A stretch of 50,306 nt of DNA, filler included, from Bipalium vagum (lineage: Eukaryota), in the NCBI GenBank assembly GCA_037834085.1. It is 3 parts of 3 records of this genome, joined end to end, with 100 filler letters (N's around TTAATTAATTAA, not from the genome) between each part and the next. Parts side by side here need not be neighbours in the genome. Positions count along the whole stretch, not along the records: positions 1 to 16,932 come from JBBMKC010085620.1; positions 17,033 to 33,790 come from JBBMKC010095446.1; 1 more part is not named here. One strand, 5' to 3'. The notes beneath the pieces were generated by a model. The model saw only the letters and a list, made by a program, of their open reading frames with translations. It made no database searches and was not told the DNA's origin. The translations under genes and the position numbers were made by a program. Shown here piece by piece: positions 13,301 to 24,484 of the stretch (the stretch's first letter is position 1; the number at the start of each line of letters is the position of its first letter).

Positions 13301-14957
13301 ACTTTTCACAACACAGATAAGATTCGACTGACATTCCTGGTACTTTATCTCTAAACGCAAAAATAGTACGCATTATTATCACAAAAAATGATTGCTTACT
13401 CTGAGCTCTCATTTTGATAAACATAATAAACTGAATCCTTATTTATAGTACAGACATTAGCCGTGCAACACAACAAAGTTAATGGTTGATAGACCTCCAC
13501 TCGTCCACAGCAAAATCCGAGTGTGACCATTATTTCGTCTATTTGCACCTGTATTTCATTCATGCTCTTAAAAAAATTATAAAAAACAAAAGATAATCAA
13601 TCAATAAATACTTGAACAAAATCCTTTTTAGACTTTCCCTTTTTCTTGGTGTAAATGCAGATATTTTTAATCAAAAGATTCAATTCATCGACAATGGCCC
13701 AAGGATCATCATATTCTCCATCCTCCAGTTTTTGATTAATGGACGACAGCGTTATTGGTTTCGAGTTGATTTTCGATAATTCACCAGTGCTGTAGTTTTT
13801 TATGTCAACTTGATTCAAAAATGATTGAGCAGCCTTGTTATTTTTGACATAATCAAAGAAAACTTTGAACGCAGCAATCAATTCATCTTTGGTCCACGTT
13901 TTCAGAGTCGAATCCGGTTTTTTCGGTTCTTCCGGTTCTGGAACTGCTACTTCTTGTTTTACTTCGATTTTCGGTTCCTTCTTTATTTCCTTTATTTTTG
14001 GATCATTTTTTACGTCGTAATTCAACAGTAACTTTCTCTGTCTCTCGTATTCGTTTTGTAAAATTTTTTCAAAATGATTTAAGTGATCCGTATCGGAACA
14101 CCCTTTATTGGATATTGAAAACAAATCGGAATCGTTGTCATTTGTGGAATTATCAGCCGAAATCGTTGATGGCTTAGAAATTATTTCTGGATAATTTACA
14201 CAGTTTTCCGAGTTTTTCTGACTTATGCAAAGCTTTTTGTGGATTATAAAACAGTTCTCTGCTAATAATCTGTAATATTCATCTATAGAATTCGATTTCA
14301 AGTAGCTGTCATTTTCGATTTTTTTGGCATGATTTATTATATTTATCATTCTTTCATCTTTATACGCTTTACCGCAATCCTTCACTGGCAAAATGGTTTC
14401 AACGCTGTAACAAAAAATTAATAAATTAACAATAAAAACCAAACTTACATTCTATTGATAAGTGTGCTTCGAATATCTTTATCGAGAGTCTTTTTATCTT
14501 TCATTTTATTGTCATTTATTTCAGATTTATAATCAGCAGATTTTTCAATCGACTTCTTGTCTTGATTCATGGTAATTTCATTATTTATCACATGTACATC
14601 TTGATCTGCGGTTTCAAAACTTGTCTTACTTTTACTCGATTGTTTTATGGGCGCACAAATAAGACATGTAAATTTGCCACATCTTTTCCAATGGGACAAT
14701 ATACGTTTTGATGTTGAACAGTGTGAAAAAGGACATTGTTTATCTCTATTGCACATGGACATGTGAGACAAAACATTTCTCATCATGGCACAATGTGGGC
14801 TGGAACAAGGTGTCATTCCATTTATTTCAAAATGTTTCTGACATCGGCAAGCATGAAATATTAAAATTAGTTGTTGTTGTATTTGTTTACGTTTTTGAGC
14901 ATCATCTGATGCAATGGTATTACCATTTACACTTATTGACATTTCACGATATATCAT
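10319..14957 (-). CDS. CREBBP: CBP/p300 histone acetyltransferase (TAZ1-KIX-bromo-RING/PHD-HAT-ZZ-TAZ2-NCBD-like), about 1482 aa
   Basis: Exons 14957-14449, 14404-13612, 13566-13400, 13350-13246 and 13193-10319 sum to 4449 nt in frame, with 44-52 bp GT-AG introns. Motifs: KRKQIQQQLILIFHA (TAZ1), EYYRLLAE (KIX), YLDSV, HIWACPPSEGDDYIFH and PYFEGDFWPN (HAT), YTCNAC..CEEFDLC (ZZ), HASSCRDANC (TAZ2). Confidence 0.96.
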
Positions 14958-16159
14958 CAAAGGTTTAACTTTTTCTTCTAAAATTTTAATTAAATTAATA
15001 CATTATATTAAAAGTAATTGTGAATTTTAAAAAGTAGTTACATTAAAATATAATAAAAATACAAGCGGTAGCCATTACACTTCTTATTTATAAATAATAG
15101 ATATTTAAAACAAATATTTTTGATATAGTTTACAAATTAAGTAACTGTATTAAAATTTTAAATTTTCATAAAAATTTATTGATTTTTTCAAAATATAGTA
15201 ATGATATCATATAATAAAATATGTAGTTTTTGAAGTTTAAACTATAAAAAACCTAATACTTCATGGAAGAACTAAAAATTGAACAAATTACGCAAATATT
15301 CAGTTATAAAAATATAAAAATTTTAAATTTCAATACTTGGTTTAATTTTTTTTTAAAAGAATAGGAATGTTAGTTGAAATATTTTATGTTTTCATAAATT
15401 TCATAATCTTTGATCAGCTTTATATATTTAATTAAGATTTTTCTGAGATTCAAAAATTCATCATATAACAGTAATATATAGCTTTCAAATTTATCTATTA
15501 AATGTTATTGATGTCAAAATGCTTATTGTCAATGCATTACAGTTTCAATAATACGCAAAACAATAGAACATCAATTTGATTACACTGTAAACAGTTCAAT
15601 AACAAAGATTTATTTAAATGATTTTCATTTCAGACATTTTAAATTTTCATTTACTTATTTTCTTATATTTGAATTTAATTTGTAATTATTTATTTGCAGG
15701 GTAATTTTTAAAATGATCTAATAATTCTTATTTTATGTAATCTTTCAAAATTGTTTGGATAGACACTGGCACATCCCTTTAACATTTTAATTATCATTTG
15801 AATTATAAGACCATTTAGGTCTAGAATAATACAATAATAAATTAATTATAAAGACCGTAAAAGAGTCAGAATTAGAATAAGAATGCTGGGTTTGCTAAAT
15901 GCACAAAACCAAATTTTGGTAATAATAATGATTTTGGGAATTGATAATAATAAAAAGATTAATAATATTAAACCAGATTTTGATGATTAATAATAATAAT
16001 AAAGTTTTTAATTAAAATGTTTACTAATATTAAAAAATATTACTAAAAAGTAATATAAAATATCGCTGCCAAGATTTTGATATATGATGGTAATAAGTTA
16101 TTAAGATAGAAATTATGCCCCGTCGTGAGAATACATCTTTTTTTTACTTAAATTTTTTA

Positions 16160-16293
16160 ACTTTATAACGGCATGGAGATAAAGTCAGAATTAATGCACT
16201 ATTGAAGGAAATAGCCGTCTCAAAGCGTAGGGATTGAGGATTGTATACCAATCTCTATATCTATATAAAGAGACAGCTATTCCCAGAAAGCTG
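16160..16293 (+). repeat. Structured dispersed repeat, copy A (stem-loops followed by TATATAAA)
   Basis: Aligns by eye to 44075-44215 (+) and 38203-38330 (-): GGCATGGAGATAAAG..CTATT..AATAGCCGTCT..AGCGT..CTATATAAAGAGAC..CTATTCC..GAAAG. Confidence 0.7.
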
Positions 16294-16334
16294 CCCAAAG
16301 AAAGAGAAACATTTCGATTTGAAAACGAATTGCC

Positions 16335-16474
16335 AAATTTTGGACAGATTGGCGAATTGAGGACAAATTGCCGAATTGAGGATAGATTGCCGAATTAAGG
16401 ACAGATTACCGAATTGAGGACAGATTGCCGAATTGAGGACAAACTTTCAAATTGAGGAAAAATTGCCGAATTGA
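16335..16474 (+). repeat. Minisatellite, about 7 copies of a 19-bp unit GAATTGAGGACAGATTGCC
   Basis: Units start at 16335, 16354, 16373, 16392, 16411, 16430 and 16449, with a partial unit at 16468. There are no spacers. Confidence 0.92.
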
Positions 16475-16853
16475 CTTCAGGAGACGAATATTCCAGTAAT
16501 TATCTATTCTTCACGATAGATATGCAAAAGGATTTGTGGAGACTACGACCAAGTCTAAATCCACGAGCAGATTTGGCCAGCATACCAGGAGCAGCGTCCG
16601 TGATTCAGGCAGTGCCAACTCCGTCGAACAATCAATAAACATATTTGATTAAAACTTGTGAATCAAAACATTTAACAATGTGTATTTGTGATCCCTTAAT
16701 GTTGTATTGTTTTTATTCTTGTTTTTATTCTTATGTATTAAATGTAATGTCGAATTTGATTGATTGATAAAATATTAAAAATTAAAGCGATAATTAAATA
16801 ATAATAACTAATAAGCAAAAATAAATGAAATAGGTATAATAATAATATATATA

Positions 16854-17990
16854 CACTACCGCTCAAAAGTATTAGGCAGGTACTTGAATTTTTAAATATA
16901 ATACAAATAGATCATTTTCATAAGGATTTATTNNNNNNNNNNNNNNNNNNNNNNNNNNNNNNNNNNNNNNNNNNNNTTAATTAATTAANNNNNNNNNNNN
17001 NNNNNNNNNNNNNNNNNNNNNNNNNNNNNNNNATTTTTTGGTTATATATATGGAAAAAAAGTCCCTAATTTATTAAATAAGGAGTCTTGCATTGAAAACT
17101 TTTAGAAGTTAATAATATGAAGCAAAAATTCAAAGTTTTTTATAAAAAATTGATCAAAATTATTATCACGGTAAATATTACATATATATATATTTATTTA
17201 TTTAATTTTACAAAGAAAAAAAATTTTAAAAATAAATTCAGACTTTTTTTAATGTAATTTTCCTTTTTTTACAATTAAATGATAAACACGAGATTTCTTG
17301 TTTTGAAAAAGCTTATGAATGGTTCCGCGTTTAATGTTCGACCATTCTTGAATAATCGCATTTCGAAGATCATTTTACATTCATGTACTTTCCTTTTCCC
17401 CAAACGTTTACACTGGGATTTAAATCAAAACTAAGCGAGGGGCAATCTAATGTATTAATATCATGATTTTGTACCCATTGTTTAGTTAATTTTAGTACGT
17501 AAATATGCCCACTATTTTGTTGAAAGGTTAAATTATTATTAGAATATGATTGTGTTTATGGTAGAAAACGTTCGTCTAGTATTTTCTAGTATGCTTTCGA
17601 GTCTAAGGTTCCAAAGAGAGTTTCTGCTATATCTAATCGCTCCCCAAACCATCAATCCATCGTCCCCGAATGGCCTTTTTGAAAAGTACTTTTATCAAAT
17701 CTGACGTCGTGCCAATAGTTGTTCTATCCCTATTAATACGTCTTCCTATCGATATATTATCCAATTTAAAGGCGTCTATCTATCACTTTTCATAATCTGA
17801 ATGATCGGCAAGCATAACTTTTGTACATTAATTTTAACAAAAAACATCTTATCATGATAATATTCTGGTCAATTATTTTATAGAAAATTTTGAATTTTTG
17901 CTTCAAATTATAAATTTCTAAAAGTTTTCAATGCAAGACGCTTTATTTAATAAATTAGGGACTATTTTTCATATTTAATATCAAAAATTA
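16854..17990 (-). mobile_element. Decayed Tc1/Tc3-like DNA transposon with long inverted repeats
   Basis: TA followed by a CACTACCGCTCAAAAGTATT terminus at 16852-16873. An inverted repeat of about 120 bp pairs 17056-17175 with 17850-17970. The broken minus-strand transposase gives YWHDVRFDK, FSKRPFGDDGLMVWGAI and DLNPS-type motifs. The element spans a scaffold gap. Confidence 0.8.
16933..17032. other. Scaffolding gap: 44 N + TTAATTAATTAA + 44 N
   Basis: Artificial linker with stops in all six frames; identical to 33791-33890. Confidence 0.97.
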
Positions 17991-18012
17991 GCTTTTTCGT
18001 GTCTTATTTAGA

Positions 18013-18522
18013 GTGATTCTCCAAAAAATCCAAAAAGAAGTAACACTTGATGAATGGAGAAATAATATTTTAAAATACGAACCGGAACTAGTCATGGTTT
18101 ATATTGAGAACCAGTGGTGTCAATCAATACTTGCAATGTATAAAATCCATAAGACTTTCATAGAAATCTAGGACAAAACAATAAAATGTTTAGAAGACAG
18201 TGTAAATCACGAAGATGAACAAAACAAAATTTATTTTCTTTCGAAACCAATTCTAGATCTTTATGAACAACAACGATCTTCACATTCAGCATGTTTCAAT
18301 AGACCATCAACAAAACAAAAGTTATTTTTTAATTACATTAAAACTCTTCCGGATGCAGAAAGAAATCCAACTCATATTAACATTATCAATGCACCGAATG
18401 TTGACTATTCTCAATATTTGACAAATCCTACTTTTCTTTACACCTGGAATCAACCTGCTTTGTCGACCACAGACTTCGTGCACAATATAGAAATTCTCAA
18501 GAGAGGGTTTTATCAGAAATGA
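18013..18522 (+). pseudogene. About 170-codon frame of unknown family with one internal TAG; its TGA overlaps the RING ATG
   Basis: Reads VILQKIQKEVTLDEWRNNILKYEPELVM..IEI*(18169-18171)DKTIKC..LKRGFYQK* with no other stops. Confidence 0.55.
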
Positions 18523-19367
18523 AAACCTCATTGACTTTCATCATAAGAATTGCCATTTCATTTGTGAGCAATAATAAAGATCTGTACTCGCAGCTGCGAC
18601 CTGATATCGAAGACTCCGAAATTTATAAATGTTTAATATGTTCTCAACACGTTCATGAAGAGACCTTTGCCACTTTCCAACGGTGTACTCATAAAGTATG
18701 TTTAACTTGTGTCACACATTTTATGTTAACCCACGGAAGTTGTCCTTTTCACAACTCTGAAATTCATGACCTAATGATGAAGATAGGTCCAGAAGACTGC
18801 AACCGAGAGATTGTTTTAGTTAAAGAATATTTACTCAAAGACACCATAAATATTGGTTTGGAATTGTCTGAAGAGATCGGAAAGCTCAATTTGACGATAA
18901 CGGAAGACTTTATTTCAAATAAAGATCGCATTTCGAATTTGATAGAACAATTTTCTCAAAGTGATTTGGACATAAAAGAAAACAGACTCAGCAAAACCCA
19001 GAAAGAAGTGTTATTAAGGAATTTTGAAAGACCTATTGAGCAAGTTCTAAGCAGGAATATTTTACATTTGTTTAACACCAGGAGAAATAACTTCAAATGT
19101 TTTGTCCATTGCTTGAAGAGGTTTATCTTAAACCATCAATCAAGACTCGCCAATTCTGAAGAAAACGAGAGTATTATTCCTTCTCTTCTTCAATTTTTAT
19201 ACGTGACTCCGGAGGATTATGACAATTTTTACGATTATCTCTCATGTTTTGTCAAAAATGTCTATATCAAGGAGCACATTTCTACAACAATAGTGCAGCC
19301 ATATTTACGGAAGATGAAGGAATGTTATGGGAGGATAGTGACAAGTATAAATTACCAAAACCTATGA
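18519..19367 (+). CDS. Intronless RING-finger protein (C3HC4-like, last ligand His), putative E3 ligase of unassigned family
   Basis: 282-aa ORF with CLIC-x14-CTHKVCLTC-x10-CPFH. It may be the 3' part of a longer broken gene. Confidence 0.7.
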   Translation: MKTSLTFIIRIAISFVSNNKDLYSQLRPDIEDSEIYKCLICSQHVHEETFATFQRCTHKVCLTCVTHFMLTHGSCPFHNSEIHDLMMKIGPEDCNREIVLVKEYLLKDTINIGLELSEEIGKLNLTITEDFISNKDRISNLIEQFSQSDLDIKENRLSKTQKEVLLRNFERPIEQVLSRNILHLFNTRRNNFKCFVHCLKRFILNHQSRLANSEENESIIPSLLQFLYVTPEDYDNFYDYLSCFVKNVYIKEHISTTIVQPYLRKMKECYGRIVTSINYQNL

Positions 19368-19889
19368 AAAAATTGAGGAAATAAAGTCAGTCCTGAAAAA
19401 ATAGATAATCCATATGGATCCGAAAATATAATAATTTTCAAAAAAATAAATTTTTTATTCTTTTTCTTATTTTTACTTTAAAAATAAAAATGTTTTTAAA
19501 AAAATATAATAATTTAAACCAGGATTACCAATAGATGAAAAAAATGATTTTGGAACAGGGCAGGTAGTCGTTAGAAAATGGATTACCAAATCTAAATGGT
19601 TCTATTTCTGATTTTGTCGTGGATTTATTTTATTCTGTTTTAAAGCAACGTGTAATGAATTAAGAAAACTTAACAAAAATGTTGGCCACTTTGTCAGCAT
19701 CAGTCAGTAAAAAGGACGTTAGGTGACTATTTTTCATCATCTGTATATATAAAAGGAAGATCAAATCTAAAAGATAGACAAAATAAAATTATCGATAGTG
19801 TAAGTATAGGTAAAAGGGAGATTTTATTAAAAGGGAACCAGAATAGAACAATTACATTAAATTAACAGTACGAGTTTATTCCATAGAAG

Positions 19890-19965
19890 TGTTAAGATCC
19901 TAATAGTTTTAGAAGATGGAGTTTAAAATAATGTTATTAGGTCTTAACGACGAAGGTTGCTTTCT
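19890..19965 (+). repeat. Fragment of TGTTAAG-terminal MITE or solo-LTR-like family
   Basis: TGTTAAGATCCTAA..AAGATGGAG..TTAGGTCTTAACG..GAAGGTTGCTT matches the reverse complement of 42630-42697. Confidence 0.7.
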
Positions 19966-20630
19966 ATTATTATTGTGAAAAAGTTTAAAATAATAAGGTT
20001 AAAATCGAAAAAAAAAGACTAAATCAAATTCAAGTTTTTCAAAATTATATTTTATATCAAAAAGGGATTTTACAAATGCGAATGATTGTCCTTGATTGAT
20101 TTTAATAAAAATTTTTATTTCAGGGTCAGAATTAATTTGGGGTTAAAAAGCCTTCCCACTCTTAGGATAGAAGTCCTCGAATAGGAAAAACAATTTAACT
20201 CACCACCCTACTTATTGTGTGAATTAAAAACAAAAAAACGGAAAAAGTAATGGGAAATAGAAAAATTAGATGATCCTCAGATCCTGGCCTGAGTATTTAT
20301 TTATTTATTTTAAACCTTACTATTACTACAAAGATTGTATTAAATGTAAATCTTTGTTTGTTTATATTGTAAGACAAGTTGAAAATTATTAAGAGTTTAT
20401 TAAAATAAAACTTTATCTTAAATATAAGATAAGTTGTTAAAAATTTATTTTATTTAATAATTGAGCAAGTTATTTAATCCAACCTTATTTTAAACATAAA
20501 ACATATTATAAACAAATAAAAGTTTATTATAACTTTGTCTTAATTCTAAGACAAGTATTTCCAAGACAAAATAAAATTAATAACTTTAAATATATTTGGT
20601 CGAATGAATCAAATAAATTCGTCACACGCG

Positions 20631-20733
20631 GATATTGGTAGATGAAGGAATTACGGAATGCGAATATTGGTAGTCAAGGAATTACGGAATTGTGAATATT
20701 GGTAATCGTAGGAATTACTAAATTGTGAATATT
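20631..20733 (+). repeat. Tandem repeat, about 3 copies of 31-33 bp (GAATATTGGTAGTCAAGGAATTACGGAATTGT)
   Basis: Three successive ATATTGGTA..AGGAATTAC units are visible. Confidence 0.85.
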
Positions 20734-22273
20734 AAAATCTCTCGTATTTGTCGCCAGAATAGAAATGCAACGGTACTGAATTAATATTGTTTTTGGTAGC
20801 CGATATCGTTGATGGATATTTCTTTTTGACGTTATCTTCAATGGTTATTTCCTTTTGACGTTATCTGTGACGTTAACTGTGTTGGTTAATGTACCCTTTT
20901 ATATTGTTTAATTTACATTAAAAATTATTTTCAATTATTATTAATACATATATTTATTAGTACATATATTTATTATATTATTTTTGTATTTTTTATACTA
21001 TTTTTAATTTTTTTAGAAATTTATTGTATGTAATTTTTATTTTTAGTAACTATAACTTTACTTCTATATATATTTTATTTATATTTTTTGGTTCCATTAA
21101 AACAAATTTAAAATATTTTATATTTTTTATCCATCAAGGGCGATCTTAAATGAACCATACTTTTTTACAACAAAAAATAAAAATTAGTAAAAACCCAACA
21201 TTTATATAAATGAAATCGATTACTAAGACAAATAAAAAATGTCTTAAAATCATAAGGATCACAAAAATCATAATAATTCAATGTCTGGATTGTCTGCGTT
21301 CTATTGTAGAATTTTGGATGGTTTTGGGTTTGGGGACATGGATGATGGCTTTGATGAGCATGGATGATTTTTGGATGAGTTTGAAAGATTGGCTGATGAA
21401 AGTCTCCATAGAAGTATTTTTTTCTTTTAATTCTTAACTAAGTTTGACCACAAACACCAGTTTAATAAGTAAATAAATTTTGGTTTCACATTGCATACAG
21501 GTGGACCGGTTTTCAAATAATAAATACATTTGTAGATCTTATCTTATAAAATCTTGAAATTTCAAATACACTGTCAATAATAAATTAATTGAATACTGGT
21601 GCTCAGCGAACCTGTTGCAGATATCAGGATTAAGCAATTAATTTTCTTTTTATTGTTTCTTTCCCAGTATCTTCTCTTTCCTGTCCACCAAGTTAAGTCG
21701 GAAGATGGACAGGACATTTTTATGAAGGATTTTCAGAGTAAGATACCGAAGAGATCCCTGACTTGTCTCTCTCGTATTCTAACGGGTTCTTATTCACAAA
21801 CTAGTTTTATCAAAAGCATTTATTGTAAAGTATTTGATAAAAAATCGATTTCAATTTATTTGATCATTTTTATGTTTAAAGTCGTTGTAGTAATTTGCTG
21901 TCTTTGTTCTATTTCATTTCAATTTATCGTTTAATATTTATTTAACGAATCTCACTTCTCAAATTTATATTTTCTCAACTGCTGATTTTTTTTTGAAATC
22001 ACACCTACTTCTAACGTTGCGCGCAAATAATTCCTTTTGATGCAATAATAAATTATGCTAAGTTGCCTATACTCATTACGAGCACTTTTAAAAAATTACT
22101 ACCTTTATTAAGAATTAAACACACTTGTTCACATAATACACACCCTACGTTAATTATAGTGCAGTTTTTATAACAGTTAGAATTGCACCTTTTTAAATTA
22201 TAATTTACCAAAAAAAAAACCACAAAACAGTGATTTATTTCAAAGCAAAGATATGATTGTCATTGACAAGTTT

Positions 22274-22830
22274 TTAAGTGTTTGTCTCTGCTCTGGCTAT
22301 GAATTTTTTCCATATATTATGGGTATTAATGATCGTCCTGGCTGCACATTTTTCCATAATTGAATTAATTTCTGCTATTTTAAATCCAAATACTCCGAGT
22401 GTTTGGTAGTTTGATGGGATCCACGAAGACCCGCGTCCGATTATAAATGTTCTGATATCATAGTACCATGTTCTTCCGAGCTCGGATTGAGCTTCGTCCA
22501 ACAAAGTCTGTTATTTTTGCTTCGTCATTGCCCTTGATAGAAATCCCTGATTCAAAGGGGACTTTGACGTTTATAATTAGGTATCTTTTAAGCCTCTTAT
22601 TCACTAATTGTATATCAGGAATTAAGTTGTTATTATTTTTATAAAAAATTCCTTTCTTTTCAACGTATATTTTCCAATCCTTTTTAGGTGGGTACAACAA
22701 ATCAGCTAAGATATCGCGTACATCATTTTGCCTTTTTCGTACCATATGCATTATTTAGATGCAGCTGAATAAGGCGTGTGAGACAGTTTCTTCTTTCCCA
22801 TAGCAATTTCTACAGTTGCCGGCCTTTTTC
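22274..22830 (-). mobile_element. 3' relic of an R2/NeSL-type non-LTR retrotransposon (CCHC knuckle and restriction-like endonuclease)
   Basis: CRNCYGKEETVSHALFSC, RQND (RHN-like), LIPDI..IINVKVPFE and FIIGRGSSWIPSN..HNIW, with a stop and a frameshift. Confidence 0.8.
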
Positions 22831-23259
22831 ATTATTTTATTGGTTGGTAAATCATTATTCCGATACTTCTAAATAATAAATAAAGTACCATTCATCTGTA
22901 CTGCACAGGTGCCGGTTCATCAGCTTTTTGTTTAGGCGATCATTTAGGACAATTGTTTTTGCCAGCCCAATTCTCAAACATCTTTCCTCCTATTTTCTCA
23001 TGTAATAACGGACATAGCACGTGAGTTGTGAATTTGTCAAAGATTGTAATTTTTAATAATAATAAAGGACTAATAAAAATGACTAACTTAGTTTGGTTCT
23101 AGTAAGTTTTAATAAAAAAGTAAATAAATGAATAACGTTTACAATTAAGTTATTTTAGATATAATTTGTAACAGCCTCATTAAAGAACGAAACTTACAAT
23201 AGGCAAAAGAAATCCGATTACAATTAAATTAAAAAATTCATTAATAATTAATAAAGGTA

Positions 23260-24215
23260 ATATTTCGTAGGCAGTCTGTCAGTGTCAATTAAGACTTGGC
23301 ATCTGCGTGGCATGCTCTCGACAAGATTCATGAAGAAATCTCGTTAAAGTTTTTCCATCCAATGTTTAAAAGTTTAAATAAACCATTTTCATCTGTTTGA
23401 TTTCTGTCACTTGTTTTTCCAGAAAAATCCATAAGTTTTCATTAGGATTTAAATCTGGACTTTGAAATTACCAATCTACTAATTACAAATCTAATAAATT
23501 ACCAATTATTAATATTTTTGATCTGTATATATTTTAGATTATTTTTTGCTTTGTGCTTCGGATCATTATCATGCTGAAACACATAATGACCAAACTGGGA
23601 ACAATTTTTTATGAAGGTATTATTTTCCTAATCATTATTTGACAATATTTTTCTTTATCCATTATTCCGTGAATTCTACCGTGATTTCCAACAATGTGTG
23701 CGGCAAAAAATCCCAAAACCATTATCTTTAAACATGTTTTACTGTTCTTGTTATACATGAAGCAGAATAGCCTTCATTTGGAAGTCTCTAAACACGCTTT
23801 GAGTACTAAAAGGGTCTGACCATAATACTTTTCTCCAATCTTCTACACTCAAACTTAGATGTTCTTTTGACCATGACAAATGTCTTTGCTGATTAATAGC
23901 AGAGACAAAAGGTTTTCTCACTTGAAAATGCGAGTAATAGCCATCTTCATGTAATCTGTAACTGAGATGGTTTGTAGTGAAACATTCATTCTCAGATCTG
24001 CTTTAATGGCTTTGGCCGAAATAGTTCGAACACTTACTGCCATATAAACAATGTTTTGATCATCACCAATGGTATCTTTCTTTTCCTTCCACTACCAACC
24101 TTGCGTTTTTCTAATTTGAAGTTTCTTTGAAATCTTTCATAACCTTAGCAATTGACGACTGAGTTTTCCAAATTTTCTTTGATACTTCTCTTCCTGTCAG
24201 TCTGGATTCTGAAAA
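23260..24215 (-). mobile_element. Decayed Tc1 transposase
   Basis: Broken frames give RKPFVS, WRKVLWSD, FQHDNDPKHK and SPDLNPNENLW. Confidence 0.85.
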
Positions 24216-24484
24216 CAATTTTATAACTTAAGAAATATAAAATTCATAATGATTAAAATACCATTGACAAAAAATAATAATAATTTTAATAAATGGAAAT
24301 AATTAATAATATTATTTTCATTTAAAAATTTTAAACAGTTTTATAAAGTTAAAAATACATATCTGAATTAAAAAACCAATTAATAATTTATAGCACCGTA
24401 CTCAAAACAACTTTAACAACGCAATCATAAAAAGCGATTTTATTAAAACATAAAAAACAGATCAAAATTCTTCACGGATATTCT

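Noticed and set aside
16250-16270. ATCTATATAAA resemblance to a planarian spliced-leader exon
   Set aside because: No ATG|GT donor or Sm site follows; better explained as a TATA box.
16335-16474. CRISPR-like array
   Set aside because: Contiguous repeats without unique spacers, no cas genes, eukaryotic context.
16977-16988. TTAATTAATTAA palindrome inside N runs (also 33835-33846)
   Set aside because: Artificial scaffolding linker. Adjacency across these gaps is not guaranteed.
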